From contig JAWQFM010000019.1 in the NCBI GenBank assembly GCA_033442325.1, forward strand, positions 959,856 to 978,670: a stretch of 18,815 bases of DNA, read 5' to 3'. Shown in pieces: positions 1-15,816 of the stretch (position 1 is the first letter of the stretch; each line of letters begins with the position of its first letter). A program made the position numbers and the translations under genes. This stretch comes from Salpingoeca rosetta (taxonomy: Eukaryota > Protista > Choanoflagellata). A model generated the notes under the pieces. The model did not search any database. It saw only the letters and a program-made list of their open reading frames with translations, and was not told where the DNA came from.

Positions 1-66
1 ACGACACCACAACTTTGCATTCACCTCTCTTGTGTTCTGGAATGTTCACGTGATTTCCCTCCAACC

Positions 67-389
67 TGTTGCACGTGCAGTGTTTAGCTTGTGTGGTTGC
101 TCGATGTTACATGCTCTTGCATAACACACCACATAACCACACAACTCTCAACAAACACTGCCACGTCACCACTTTGCGTTGTCGACAATTCTTGTCTTCT
201 GCTCTGTTTCTTTCTGTTGGAGTGTTCATTCATCCTACATCCTTGTTTGCTTCACAACTCAAGTAAACACACACAACTTCCTCTTGCCAAGACAATCTCC
301 CACACAACACAGCACACTCTGCACACACAGCACACACACACACACACACAAGTCTCCAACAACAGCACCACCACCATGAACTTACAACA
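67..389 (+). repeat. Putative copia 5' LTR (TGTTG...CAACA); left boundary uncertain
   Basis: Terminal inverted TGTTG/CAACA; the 3' end abuts the PBS-like motif; the gag ATG (376) lies inside the LTR, as in Ty1. There is no second copy to confirm it. Confidence 0.45.
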
Positions 390-1219
390 GATTATGAGAC
401 CCAGTTCAATTAGCGCAGACGGTATCAAGGTCTTCGCTGGCGCTGAGCAGGATGCCAACCTCTTCTTCATCACCGTCGAGGCCAAGCTCATCGCCGCTGG
501 CATCGACGCTGGCATCATCGCCGAGGGTGGTGCTGACCACCAAGGAGACGGGCAGGCTCCAGCAGCTGCTTCATCGCCGAGCCCAAGCACCCACGGTGCT
601 TCGGGTCCCCGCACTCGCTCCCGCGCTCAACGCGGCCCTCGCCGCACTGGGGCCCGCCACGACGCGGGGGACCACGACGACGATGACGACGACGAGGGCG
701 ATGGCGACGACCACGGCGCTCAGCCATCTTCCTCCTCTTCCTCTCTGCCTTCTTCCGCCACTCCGAGCGGAGGAGCGCAGGTGGCGTCCCGAGCCTCTGG
801 CCTGCTGGATCCCCGTGATCCACAGGTTGACGCAGCCATCTTCGCGTTCCTCCTTGGCGTCCTGACGGGACACCCGCTGCGGCTGGCCATCACCGACAAC
901 CGTGGCCGCTCCGGTGTGCTTGCGCTGCGCCGCCTCCGCGAGCGCTACATCCGCAGCGGCAAGGACCACGTCAGTCGTCTCAGGCAGCAGCTCTCCTCGA
1001 CCACCTGGTTGCCCACGGACACCGTCGACACGTTCATGTCCCGCATCACGGACGTCAACTCGCAGCTCCTTGCTGCCGGCGTGTCCATCCCGGAGGACGA
1101 CCTGCGCACCCTCGTCCGCAACGAACTCCCCGCGGAGTTTGATGTGGCGATGCGGTTCATGGAGCGCGAGGACCCGCCGCCATCGCTGTCCAAGATGACG
1201 GCGGACCTCATCCAGGAAG
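376..1219 (+). pseudogene. gag: Copia-type Gag (UBN2/Retrotran_gag_2-like), truncated before the zinc knuckle
   Basis: ORF 91..1383 read from ATG 376: IKVFAGAEQDANLFFITVEAKL, then SGVLALRRLRERY...RLRQQL...DTVDTFMSRITDVNSQLLAAGVSIPEDDLRTLVRNELPAEF...SLSKMTADLIQE. After 1219 the ORF is only read-through into the gypsy LTR. Confidence 0.8.
390..400 (+). promoter_or_regulatory. Putative primer-binding site of half-tRNA-Met type (GATTATGAGAC)
   Basis: It immediately follows CAACA and resembles the GGTTATG(A/G)GCCC PBS of copia/Ty5. It is the reverse complement of GUCUCAUAAUC, a tRNA-Met anticodon arm. Confidence 0.6.
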
Positions 1220-1462
1220 TGTTGTGTGAAATGCTGACTCAGCTTTCACACAACATACCCAACCACTTGCATGCATGCAATCTTACATCAACTTGCACGC
1301 ATGCAAGATGGCTGCCACGTGTACTTGTTGTTCACCTGTCTCACTTGTTGTTCACCTGTCTCACTTGTTGTTTGTTCACTTGATGTTTGTTTGATTCATT
1401 CACCTCTCGTCTTGTCTACTTTCACATTACACTACTTACACTACCGACATCTCGGTACAACA
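1220..1462 (+). repeat. Gypsy 5' LTR, 243 bp
   Basis: Begins TGTTGT and ends ACAACA. 1247-1462 aligns without gaps to 5902-6117. It contains a 20-bp tandem repeat, CTTGTTGTTCACCTGTCTCA, at about 2.5 copies (1324-1372). Confidence 0.93.
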
Positions 1463-1464
1463 CT

Positions 1465-1472
1465 TGGTAGCG
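1465..1472 (+). promoter_or_regulatory. Primer-binding site TGGTAGCG (3' end of initiator tRNA-Met)
   Basis: Lies 2 nt after the LTR end. It is complementary to ...CGCUACCA, the same spacing and sequence type as yeast Ty3. Confidence 0.8.
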
Positions 1473-2344
1473 ATTTCGGTTTGGTGTTGCTGGGCTCTCC
1501 CACGCACCACAATCCGCCCCTCCGGGCATCGACCCTTCTTTTCTCCACACGCAAACACACACGGACGCACGTTCACATCGTCCACGAGCGTGCTCGTCAT
1601 CACACGCGTGTCTGTGCTCTCGCTTTGTTCTTTGTTGAAAGCACGTATTTGGTGTCGCGTCACCCTGTATCTTCGCGCGCGTCGCCCCACATACACACTC
1701 GTGTTGATCGTATCTTCTTCTTACGCCGGCTGTGTTGTGCTGTTGTTGCCCGCGTTTACTTTTCCTCTTGCTCACTGTTCCTTTTGTGAGCCAACGCGTT
1801 GTCTCTCACGCCTGTGGTTTTGGTCGCCTTGTATCTGGTGGTTCGTAGGTTTCGTTTGCGGCCGTCTTCTGTTTTGGCGCCAAAACTTGCTTCGAGTCCC
1901 TCAAACTCTGCTTGCTTCATAAACGCTGCACGCACCTTCGTGCATTGCCTTGTCCATACTCTGTACTCCCATCATGGAGCCAACGCCGCGTGTGCTACGC
2001 GACACTTGCAGCACGGCAGGCACGACGAGCCGATGCCTTCGCTGCGCGGCCGAACAAGGCGGCGCCTGACCGCACAGCGGACGTGTCCCGTGAAACAAGT
2101 GGCTTCGCGCCGCTCTACTGCTTCGCTTGACACACACACTCGTCCTAGCGACGCTGGCCCAATTCNNNNNNNNNNNNNNNNNNNNNNNNNNNNNNNNNNN
2201 NNNNNNNNNNNNNNNNNNNNNNNNNNNNNNNNNNNNNNNNNNNNNNNNNNNNNNNNNNNNNNNNNNNNNNNNNNNNNNNNNNNNNNNNNNNNNNNNNNNN
2301 NNNNNNNNNNNNNNNNNNNNNNNNNNNNNNNNNNNNNNNNNNNN

Positions 2345-2710
2345 CGCGTGCCTGAAGAAGAGTGGGTTGACATGGCGTCCTTGTACATGACGGTTTCCCC
2401 TTGGCGAATGGACAGTGAGTCGTGCGTTCAAGTCCTTCGACGACTTCGAGTCGTCTGCAATCGCCGCATTCGGTGACCCCAGCCAACAGTGGCGTGCGCG
2501 CCTGCAGCTAGCGGGAATCCGTCAGACTGGCAACATTGTCGGTTACATCCGCGCGTTCCGCAAGCTTGTGGCGACGGCCAGCATGCGTGGCAACGATGAC
2601 CTGCTAGTCGCACTCTTCGTCAACGGCATTCGCCTTTCCGTCCACCCGCCGCGAGCTCACGATTCGGCAGCCCGTCCTTCCTCGAGGACGCCATCTCCAT
2701 TGCCCTCGAC
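2345..2710 (+). pseudogene. gag: Gypsy Gag capsid region (Retrotrans_gag-like), frameshifted; N-terminus in or before the gap
   Basis: Gag-like pieces fall in changing frames: VPEEEWVDMASLYMT / FKSFDDFESSAIAAFGDPSQQWRARLQLAGIRQTGNIVGYIRAFRKLV...LFVNGIR / RRELTIRQP / LEDAISIALDL (pol frame). Confidence 0.75.
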
Positions 2711-5541
2711 TTGGGCGCTTCTGAGCAGTATGACCAGCGTGGTGGAACACGCAACAACGGCTCAAGTGCCCGACGTGACAGTGGGCGTCCAGCCTGGCGC
2801 AGTGACCGCCGTGACCCGCGATATCAGCGTGACCGACGCCCTCGTCGGCAGGACCGCCACACTCCTTCAAGCATCAACGTCGTGGAGGACGTGCAAGGCC
2901 TCAGCATCTGCAGTGTGGGCGCCCCAACGCAGCGGGCCACGGTGCGCGCAGTCGTCACTGGAGAACTGGACGGCGAGCCTCGTCGCATGCTGCTCGACAC
3001 CGGCGCTGATGTTTCTTTCGCCTCACCACATCTGCTGCGTGATGCTACATCAGCCCTGACCCCTGTGTCGCTGCGCTATCCAAACGGCACCACCTTCGTG
3101 GCTCGTGACGCCGCTCATATGCCTGTCAAGGTCCCCGGCGTGCCTGCTGTTACAGCGACGCTGCTTGCTGCTCCATGCCCATCCGATGTCGATGCTGTGC
3201 TTGGTACTGATGTGCTAGCCCAGAACGACTGGGTACTCTCCTTTGTTGACGACACGGTCCGTGTGAGTAAAACATCGCAGCTCTGTTCTTCCTCAGCCAC
3301 AACCCCCACAGTCAGCGCGTCACCTTCGCACGCATGCGTACAATGCCGTCCCGAGCCGCAACCTGCTCCAACTTCTGCATCACGTACGCCCTCCACCGAC
3401 ATCTCGGTCAAATGCGTTTCTGCTACAACTGTGGCTGCCTATGTGCGTCGGGACGAAGTTGAGGACGTATTCGTCGCGCTTGTGTCGGCGCAGCGCAGTG
3501 ACCCGACACCCGCACAGCCGGACCACGAGCTGGACACCTTGCTTCACGAGTATGCGGATGTGTTCTCCAACGACCTGCCTCGTTCACTGCCCCCACGCCG
3601 CCCAGAAGACCTCCGCATCCGCCTTCAACCAGGAGCCAAAACGCCCCCCTACGTCCGCTACAAGCTAAGTCCCCCAGAGCGGGACGAGCTTTCTCGCCAG
3701 CTGAAAGATCTGCTGCGAAAGGGCTTCATCAGGCCGTCATCCAGCCCATTTGCAGCCCCTGTGCTCCTGGTCCGCAAAAAAGATGGCAGCATGCGGTTCT
3801 GCGTGGACTTCCGGCGCCTCAACCACATCAGCATCAAGGATCGTTATCCCTTACCAGATATGCTGTCTGTCTTGGCAAAATGCGCCGGCCACCGCCTGTA
3901 TACGACACTGGACCTCTGTTCAGGATACCACCAGCTCCGAGTACACCCGCAAGATGAGGACACGACTGCCTTCGTTTGCGATGACGGCCAATTCGCCTGG
4001 CGAGTTATGCCATTTGGTATTGCTAACGGCCCACCTGTCTTCCAAAGGCTCATGGACCGTGTCACTGCCGACATCCCTGGAGTTCTTGTCTACCTCGACG
4101 ACATCGTGGTCTTCTCCAACACGAAGCATCAGCACCTGCGCACCCTTCGCCGGGTGTTCCAGCGTCTCCGCGACGAACGGCTGGCTCTGAAGCCCAAAAA
4201 ATGTGAATTCCTCAAGCCATCCCTTCTGTTTCTGGGACATGTGCTCTCCTGCCATGGCATATCCGTCGACCCAGACAAGGTTGACGCCGTCATGAAGCTC
4301 GCCAAGCCTTCATCCAAGACCGAACTGCTCAGCTTCCTTGGCACGGTGAACTACTACCGTCGCTTCCTACGCAACATGGAGGACATAGCAGCGCCCCTGC
4401 GGGAGCTTCAGGACCTCGCTGAATGGGGTGAGGCACACGAGCATGCTTTCAACGCTCTCAAGCAAGCCCTATGCAACGCGACGACACTTGCGCCTCCCGA
4501 TCACAACGCTCCCTTTATCATCAGAGCAGACGCATCGGACAAGGGTATCGGCGCAGTTCTTGAGCAACACGGCCGTCCCGTCGAATTTATGTCCAAGAAG
4601 CTCACATCTGCTGAGGCTAACTACCCCATTCGCCAGCGTGAGCTACTGGCCATTGTGGTGGCCCTTCAGAAGTGGCGCCATTACTTCGGCTTCTTCACGG
4701 TTGAAGTCATCACCGATCACAAGTCTCTGTTGGACCTGCAAACACAGAGCAAAATTTCCGAGCGACGCATCCTCCGCTGGATGGAGACCCTCGCAGAGTT
4801 TTCCATCAAATGGACCTACACGCCCGGCGTTGACAATCATGTACCTGATACACTCAGCCGCCTCGTCGGATCTACCACCACTGCACTCGTCCCAACACAG
4901 CTTGGAACGAACTATGAGGCCGATTCAGCGTACAAGAAGCTTCTCGCGCGCCTGTCACCGCCTTTTCGGTTCGACGGCGACGTTCTTCTCTTCCACGACC
5001 GGCGATGTGTGGTGAAGAGCGATATCAAGGCAGTTCTACGCCACGCTCATGATGCCCACGGACACCCTGGCCTATTCAAGACGCTCGGGCACCTGTCCCG
5101 TCGTTTCTTCTGGCCAAGAATGTACTCTGATGCGGCGGAGTATATTCAGGGATGCCACACCTGCCTCATGTCCAAACCCGCCGTGCGGCCAACTGCGCCT
5201 CTGCAGCCACTCGACGTTCCACCGTACCCCTGGCACACGGTTACTTGCGACTTTGTGTCAGGCTTCCCCACCGTACGTGGCTTCGACACAATTGCGGTGT
5301 ACGTCGACAAGCTTAGCAAGACTGTCCACCTCGCGCCCTGTTCGAAGACGCTCGATGCTGCTGGGGCGGCACGGCTGCTTGTTGACACTGTGGTGCGTCA
5401 CCACGGAACACCATGCAGAATGATCTCGGACAGAGACCCACGCTTTGTCAGCAAGGTCTACAAGGAGGTCGCCAAAGCTCTCGGCATCAAACTCTCCTTC
5501 TCCACAGCCTCACATAATCAAACGGACGGCCAGTCGGAAAG
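2711..5541 (+). CDS. pol: Gypsy Pol polyprotein (Gag tail, aspartic protease, RT, RNase H, integrase); C-terminus lost in the gap
   Basis: Protease LLDTGA; RT RFCVDFRRLN, LDLCSGYHQ, MPFGIANGP, YLDD; RNase H ADASDKGIGAVL, RELLAIV, TDHKSL; integrase HHCC (HDAHGH...CHTC), CDF, SDRD, QTDGQSE. No stops before the gap. Confidence 0.96.
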
Positions 5542-5901
5542 NNNNNNNNNNNNNNNNNNNNNNNNNNNNNNNNNNNNNNNNNNNNNNNNNNNNNNNNNNN
5601 NNNNNNNNNNNNNNNNNNNNNNNNNNNNNNNNNNNNNNNNNNNNNNNNNNNNNNNNNNNNNNNNNNNNNNNNNNNNNNNNNNNNNNNNNNNNNNNNNNNN
5701 NNNNNNNNNNNNNNNNNNNNNNNNNNNNNNNNNNNNNNNNNNNNNNNNNNNNNNNNNNNNNNNNNNNNNNNNNNNNNNNNNNNNNNNNNNNNNNNNNNNN
5801 NNNNNNNNNNNNNNNNNNNNNNNNNNNNNNNNNNNNNNNNNNNNNNNNNNNNNNNNNNNNNNNNNNNNNNNNNNNNNNNNNNNNNNNNNNNNNNNNNNNN
5901 N

Positions 5902-6117
5902 CACACAACATACCCAACCACTGGCAGGCATGCAATCTCACATCAACTTGCACGCATGCAAGATGGCTGCCATGTGTACTTGTTGTTCACCTGTCTCATT
6001 TGTGGTTCACCTGTCTCACATGTTGTTTGTTCACTTGATGTTTGTTTGATTCATTCACCTCTCGTCTTGTCTACTTTCACATTACATTACTTACACTACC
6101 GACATCTCGGTACAACA
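5902..6117 (+). repeat. Gypsy 3' LTR (first ~27 bp hidden in the gap)
   Basis: 216-nt match to 1247-1462 with 8 substitutions by manual count; ends ACAACA. Confidence 0.93.
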
Positions 6118-7074
6118 CCGTGAAACGATCATCGGCGTTCTGCCAGATGGGCGCCGTCCCCAAACGCAGTGCATCGGGGCTCTCCAGAAGTGCAAACGAG
6201 GACGCAAACACGTCCTCAACAAACAGCGTGGAGCCGTCGTCGGTCAGCGGCGTGAAGTAGTCTGGCTCAATTGCGTACGAGATGCTGGTGATGTTCACGG
6301 TGTACATGACACCGAGGTCGGCGTCGTAGCGCAACATTCGGTCGCCAACAGCAAACTCGCCAGTGAAGATGAACTCGCCTGCAGGCTGCACCGTCACGCC
6401 GTCAGCAACGCACACGTCCTCGTCTGCGCGGAACACAAAGTGGTCGGGTGTGGCCGACATCAGCGCAGGGTTGCCGTCATTGTCCGTGTAGTGCAGCTCG
6501 ACAGACGTCGTGGTGCCGTTCAGCTCCACGTGCTGGAAGGTCTTGAGCTCGCAGTAGCCAAGCGCGTTGCCGGCCGATGCCTGCAGGCAAAGCACGCGGT
6601 CGCCAGTCTTCAGATCACGCAGCTGCACCCGCTCGCCATTCTCCAGAATCACCTCGGCCCAACCAGGAAAGCATGATGGGCTGGTGGTGGTTGGGTCCGA
6701 CAGCACGACAGGGCAGTCTGCACCAGAGCCCTTCAGCCGCGCGCTGCAGCCATGGGTAAAATTGTCGAAGAGCGATCCTGATTGCAGCGTTTGTGTCTCG
6801 CCAGTTGCGTCCGCCAGAAGTGCAAAGTAGTTGATATCGGATGAAATGTCCAAGGCCCAGAACTCGGTGGTGTTGCTGAGGGCGCTTGCATGTGGGTTGC
6901 TGGGCTCATCCGAAACACCAACACACTTAATCTCCGTGCCGACAGGTGCACCGCCGTCAATAACGAACTGAATACCCTCTGAATAGTCGATATAGAACGT
7001 GGACGCTGCGGGGGTTGAAATTGATGGGCAGATGCTTTTGGGAAACGCTGAGGTTGTTGTTGTTGTCTTCTCGC
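6118..7074 (-). pseudogene. Hint/Hog module copy 1: Thr linker, 4-Cys domain, Hint domain, SRR-like region truncated by the LTR
   Basis: The frame is open from the putative acceptor (gtgcag|GC at 7074): GEKTTTTTSAFPKSICP...SPS|CFPG (Cys 6673)...TPDH...FTPLTDDGSTLFVEDVFASSF...APIWQNADDRFT. It then runs into antisense LTR sequence with a stop at 6077-6079. No upstream exon was identified with confidence. Confidence 0.82.
6194..6673 (-). other. Hedgehog/intein (Hint) domain, copy 1
   Basis: Same motifs as copy 2; 39 of the first 50 residues are identical between the copies. Confidence 0.93.
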
Positions 7075-7410
7075 CTGCACTTTGCTTGTGTTCGAGGAGG
7101 TGTGGGCTTCAGAGTGAAAATGCAGCTCCAAGAAAAACACAATGAACACAAGGAGCGAGCAGGGGGAAGCCCACGCCGTGGCATGAGCAACCCACTTCCC
7201 ACAAGCCCACACCTTCGTCAAGAATGCGCGTGGCATGAGAGCAACGGCACGAATTTGTCGCAACACAATGTGTTGCACGGCAACTCCGCACAAAAATTGC
7301 TTGCTTGCACGCAAAGCTGCGAAGAACTTTCAAGGCACAATTGGTTGTTTTGGCCAACAGCAATTAGGAACACGTAAAACCCGTCAAGCAGCCGGACAAC
7401 GTTGTTTTTG

Positions 7411-7411
<1 letters not shown>

Positions 7412-7476
<65 letters not shown>
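7412..7476. repeat. (CA)n microsatellite
   Basis: Seen directly, just downstream of the Hint gene stop codon. Confidence 0.95.
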
Positions 7477-7481
<5 letters not shown>

Positions 7482-7485
7482 GAGT

Positions 7486-12066
<4,581 letters not shown>

Positions 12067-12400
12067 TGGCTGGTGCTTGCAAGCAAAATGTACACAAGTT
12101 TTTCTGCTGCGTGGCGGAATGCGCTAGCTGTGCACTATCTTGGAAGTCTTCCAACAAACGTCTTTGAAAACGAAAACGGCACTAAACACGCATCACGGAC
12201 AAACGCAAAACATGACGCGCAAGAAGCACGTTTGTGACCTGCACGCAGCCCAGCAATGCACGGGAACATGCGTTCTGCCAATCTGTAAGCCTTGACGTCG
12301 TTGTGTGGTGGTGGTGGTGGTCAATCGGTTGTTGCTTGCTCTTGTGATTCTGCCGTTGTGTGCCGATGTGACTGAGTGGATGGTGGCCTCTCACATCGGC
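12067..12400. promoter_or_regulatory. Short divergent intergenic region (candidate bidirectional promoter)
   Basis: Head-to-head starts of the Hint gene (-) and TMTC (+). No specific motif was identified, and it may contain a short first TMTC exon (ATG 12256, GTAAGC donor at 12285). Confidence 0.4.
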
Positions 12401-15387
12401 ATGCGTCGTGTCACGATAATGTTGCATTTGCTTCGGCACACTGGTGTAGTGGCAGAGCTGGTGCTTGTCGCAGGCGTGTCACTGGCCTTGTACTGGCCAA
12501 GCACCGCATATGAGTTCACCTTTGATGATGCACGTGGTGTTGTGGAGAATCCGGACTTGAAGTCATCAACCCCATGGACGACCCTCTTCTTCCACGACTT
12601 CTGGGGGTGTGTGTGTGTGCGTGTGTGCGTGTGCGTGCGTGTTTGCGTGTGCGTGCGTGTTTGCGTGTGCGTGCGTGTGTGCGTGTGCGTGTGCGTGTGC
12701 GTGCGTGTGTGCGTGTGCGTGCGTGTGCGTGCGTGTGCGTGCGTGTGCGTGCGTGTGCGTGCGTGTGCGTGCGTGTGCGTGTGCGTGCATGTGCGTGCGT
12801 GGTGCGTGCGTGTGCGTGTGTGCGTGTGTAGTCTACTGGTCGATCATTCTTCACCTCATTCCCCACATGGTTGACAGGAACGGGATGGACGACCCACGCA
12901 GCCACAAGTCATATCGCCCCGTCACCGTGCTTTTTTACAAGGCAATCGTCACGCTGTCTGGCGGTGCACGTGATCCGTATGGCTTTCACCTGGCTGGCGT
13001 TGTGTTGAACGCTCTGGTGTGTGCCCTCGCCCACCTTGCGCTCAAACTAAAGCTTCACTTGCCCAGCTTCCCAGCGCTCGTGGCTTCCCTCGTGTTTGTC
13101 GTTCATCCAATCCACACAGAAGCTGTACGTCCAGTGAGAAGAGTGAGGCGGGAGGGAAGGACGTGTTCATGTGTGTGTTGTGTGTGTGTGCGCAAACGTG
13201 TTGTGTGTGTGTGTGTTGTGTGTGTGACCGTGCGTGTGTGTGACCGTGCGTGACAGTGTGTGTACGACAGTGTGTGTGTGTGTGTGTGTTTCGTCTTGAT
13301 CCTCACCTTGTGCAACTTACGCCATGCCACCACCCTGGTTCAGGTCTGTTCTGCTGTGGGCTTGGCAGAGGTGCTGTCTGCAACGTTTCTGCTGCTGGCA
13401 TGGCTGACTTATCCACCGTAAGTTTGATTGGCTGTGTGTGTGTGTGTGTCTGTGCTTCTCTGTACACTTGGCTCACGCAGTCATGCGTGGATATCAAATG
13501 TACGTGCTCCGCTCAAGCATCCCTTCACCCGTTGACACACACACGCACACCCGCATACACACACACGCATGTATACGCACACCCACATACACACACACGC
13601 ACACACGCACACACACACACACACACATACACACACATACACACACACACACACGCACGCACGCACACACACACATATGCACCCCCGACACAGTTCTGGC
13701 GTGCTGATGCCGAGATGGAAACGGGTGTGGCGGTTTTCGCTGTTTACGGCACTGGCCACGCTGGCCATGTTGTCGAAGGAGCAGGGCATCATCGTCATTG
13801 GTGTTGCTTGTGGCATTGACACCATCACCACGTGCAACACCAGCAACCCGCTGCTTGCCCTGTGGTCATTGCTCCCGCTCGCGTCAACGGCAGCCACTGA
13901 CGCAGCCGGCAGCAAGAAGCTCAAGCGTCTCCAGCAACACGGCACACCCAAACACAGCAGCACCAAACTCAAACACACTACCAACACCAACAACACCACA
14001 AACAGCAAGGAAGGCAAGGTGACTGGTGCGACGACCAAGGCAGGCACAGGCATCAACACAGCGCGCCTGCAGCTGGTGGCGTGCGCCGTGGTGGCCGTGT
14101 GCCTGCTTGCGTTTCGCCTCGTCATCATGCATGGCCAGAAGCCGCCGTTCACCGCACACGAAATTCCAGCCGCATATGCGCCGACGTGGCTGTCGCGCGC
14201 GCTCACCATGAACTATTACGTTGCCTTCAACGCCAAGTCCCTTCTGTGGCCGTTGGGCCTGTGTCACGATTGGTCGCACAGCAGCATCCCTCTCATCACC
14301 TCATGGACGGATGTCCGCAATGTTCACACCGGCCTTGTTTACAGCTCCATATTGGCCATTGCCACCTGGGCAATGCGGACAACAGGTGTGTATGTGTGTG
14401 TTCGTACATGTGTATGTGTGTTCGTACATGTGTATGTATGTGTAGGTGTGGAGGTGTGTCGTTGTGTAGGTGTGTATGTGTGTTCGTACATGTGTGCGTG
14501 TGTGTGTGCATATGTGCAACTTTGCGTGCCATATCCTTCTCTGCAGTGGCCATCATTTACCGCTCGCAGCAGCACAACGCCTTTCTCATGCTGACACGAC
14601 TCCCACCATATTTCCTCAATCACCCATCATCACCAGCACCGGCAGCACAATCTACATCACGCGCCGTCACATGCACACCGCAATTCTGGGCGGCGTCGGC
14701 GCTGCTGTATCTGATCATCGCGTTTCTCCCGGCGTCAAATCTCCTCTTCAACGTCGGCTTTGTCGTTGCTGAACGCGTTCTCTTCACTCCGAGGTGGGGG
14801 CGGGGCGGGGTTGTGTTACAGTGTGTGGTGTGAGGTGTGGTGTTTGCATTGTGCGTGCACTTTGTTAAGACTTCAAGGCACTGTTTTGCTTTAGTCAATG
14901 CCTGCGTTTATATCCACATGCACATACATACACATGCAGCACCTACCCCTCACGTTCCTCACACCCCTCACACGCCTCGCCGCCACCACCACATCCTCAT
15001 CCCAGCCTCGGATTTGCTGTGCTGGTGGGGGTTGCGGCCCACGCTTTATCGTGTCGGGTACCGCGCTCTGTAGTCGCTGCCGGTGGTGTTGCTCTTCTTG
15101 CTTTCCTCGCCACTCTCACGCTCGCGCGCAGTGCTGCCTGGGCCAACGACTACACGTACGTTGTGTGCTTTGTTGCGTGTTGTGTTGTATTGTGTTGTGT
15201 ACACACCCGTGCCTATGATGTGCCTGAACAGAGGGCAGGTGAAGGCGGAGTGAGCGAGCAGGCGCGTGTGCAGCTGTTGAAAGATGCTGAGTCAGCGTTT
15301 CTGCTGGCACTGAACCCGAACAGCACCGACGCCGCCGCAGAGCTCAACTACGGCATCCTCCTCAACGACCTGGTGTGCTGTGCTGTG

Positions 15388-15453
<66 letters not shown>

Positions 15454-15780
15454 TTAGTGGTTGACAAGGTGTCCCTGAGAACAGAGGGGCATGGGAGTGC
15501 AGTGTCCTTTCGATAACGTTCTCATCACGCATCAACCTCACCACGCTCACGCTCGCGCTCACCACCACCGCCACCACCGCCACCACCACTTGCAGGGGCG
15601 GCATGCGGAGGCAGAGGCCATGCTGCTGCGCGGCGTCGCCAAGAACGACCCGACGCGCACATCTGTCCGTCTCCGGCAGCACCTCGGCGCTCTCCACTTC
15701 CACCAGCAGCGGGCCGATCGCGCCCACGATTTCTTCATGCAGGCGTGGCAGGTGATATGCATGATCAATGCGGTGGTGGT

Positions 15781-15816
<36 letters not shown>

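Larger units (their letters stand above)
67..1219 (+). mobile_element. Ty1/copia LTR retrotransposon, 5' fragment (putative 5' LTR, PBS, gag), truncated by a gypsy insertion
   Basis: A copia-type gag ORF is present. ACAACA at 384-389 is followed directly by a PBS-like GATTATGAGAC. TGTTG at 67 is a candidate LTR start, but the LTR could begin upstream of the window. No copia pol or 3' LTR is present in the window. Confidence 0.7.
1220..6117 (+). mobile_element. Ty3/gypsy LTR retrotransposon (possibly chromovirus-like; possibly chimeric)
   Basis: Direct LTR copies at both ends, a PBS, gag, and pol in PR-RT-RH-IN order. It contains two internal N gaps. Confidence 0.93.

Noticed and set aside
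1324-1372. 20-bp direct repeats as a CRISPR-like array
   Set aside because: There are no spacers; it is a tandem repeat inside the LTR, in a eukaryotic context.
1220-1383. C-terminal extension of ORF 91..1383 and the matching tail of ORF 2711..6049
   Set aside because: Both are read-through into the gypsy LTR, not protein.
1974-2069. ATG at 1974 as the gypsy gag start
   Set aside because: The frame closes after about 31 codons with no gag similarity; the true start cannot be assigned.
5542-5901. Chromodomain and polypurine tract of the gypsy element
   Set aside because: They would lie in the N gap and cannot be observed, so chromovirus status is unconfirmed.
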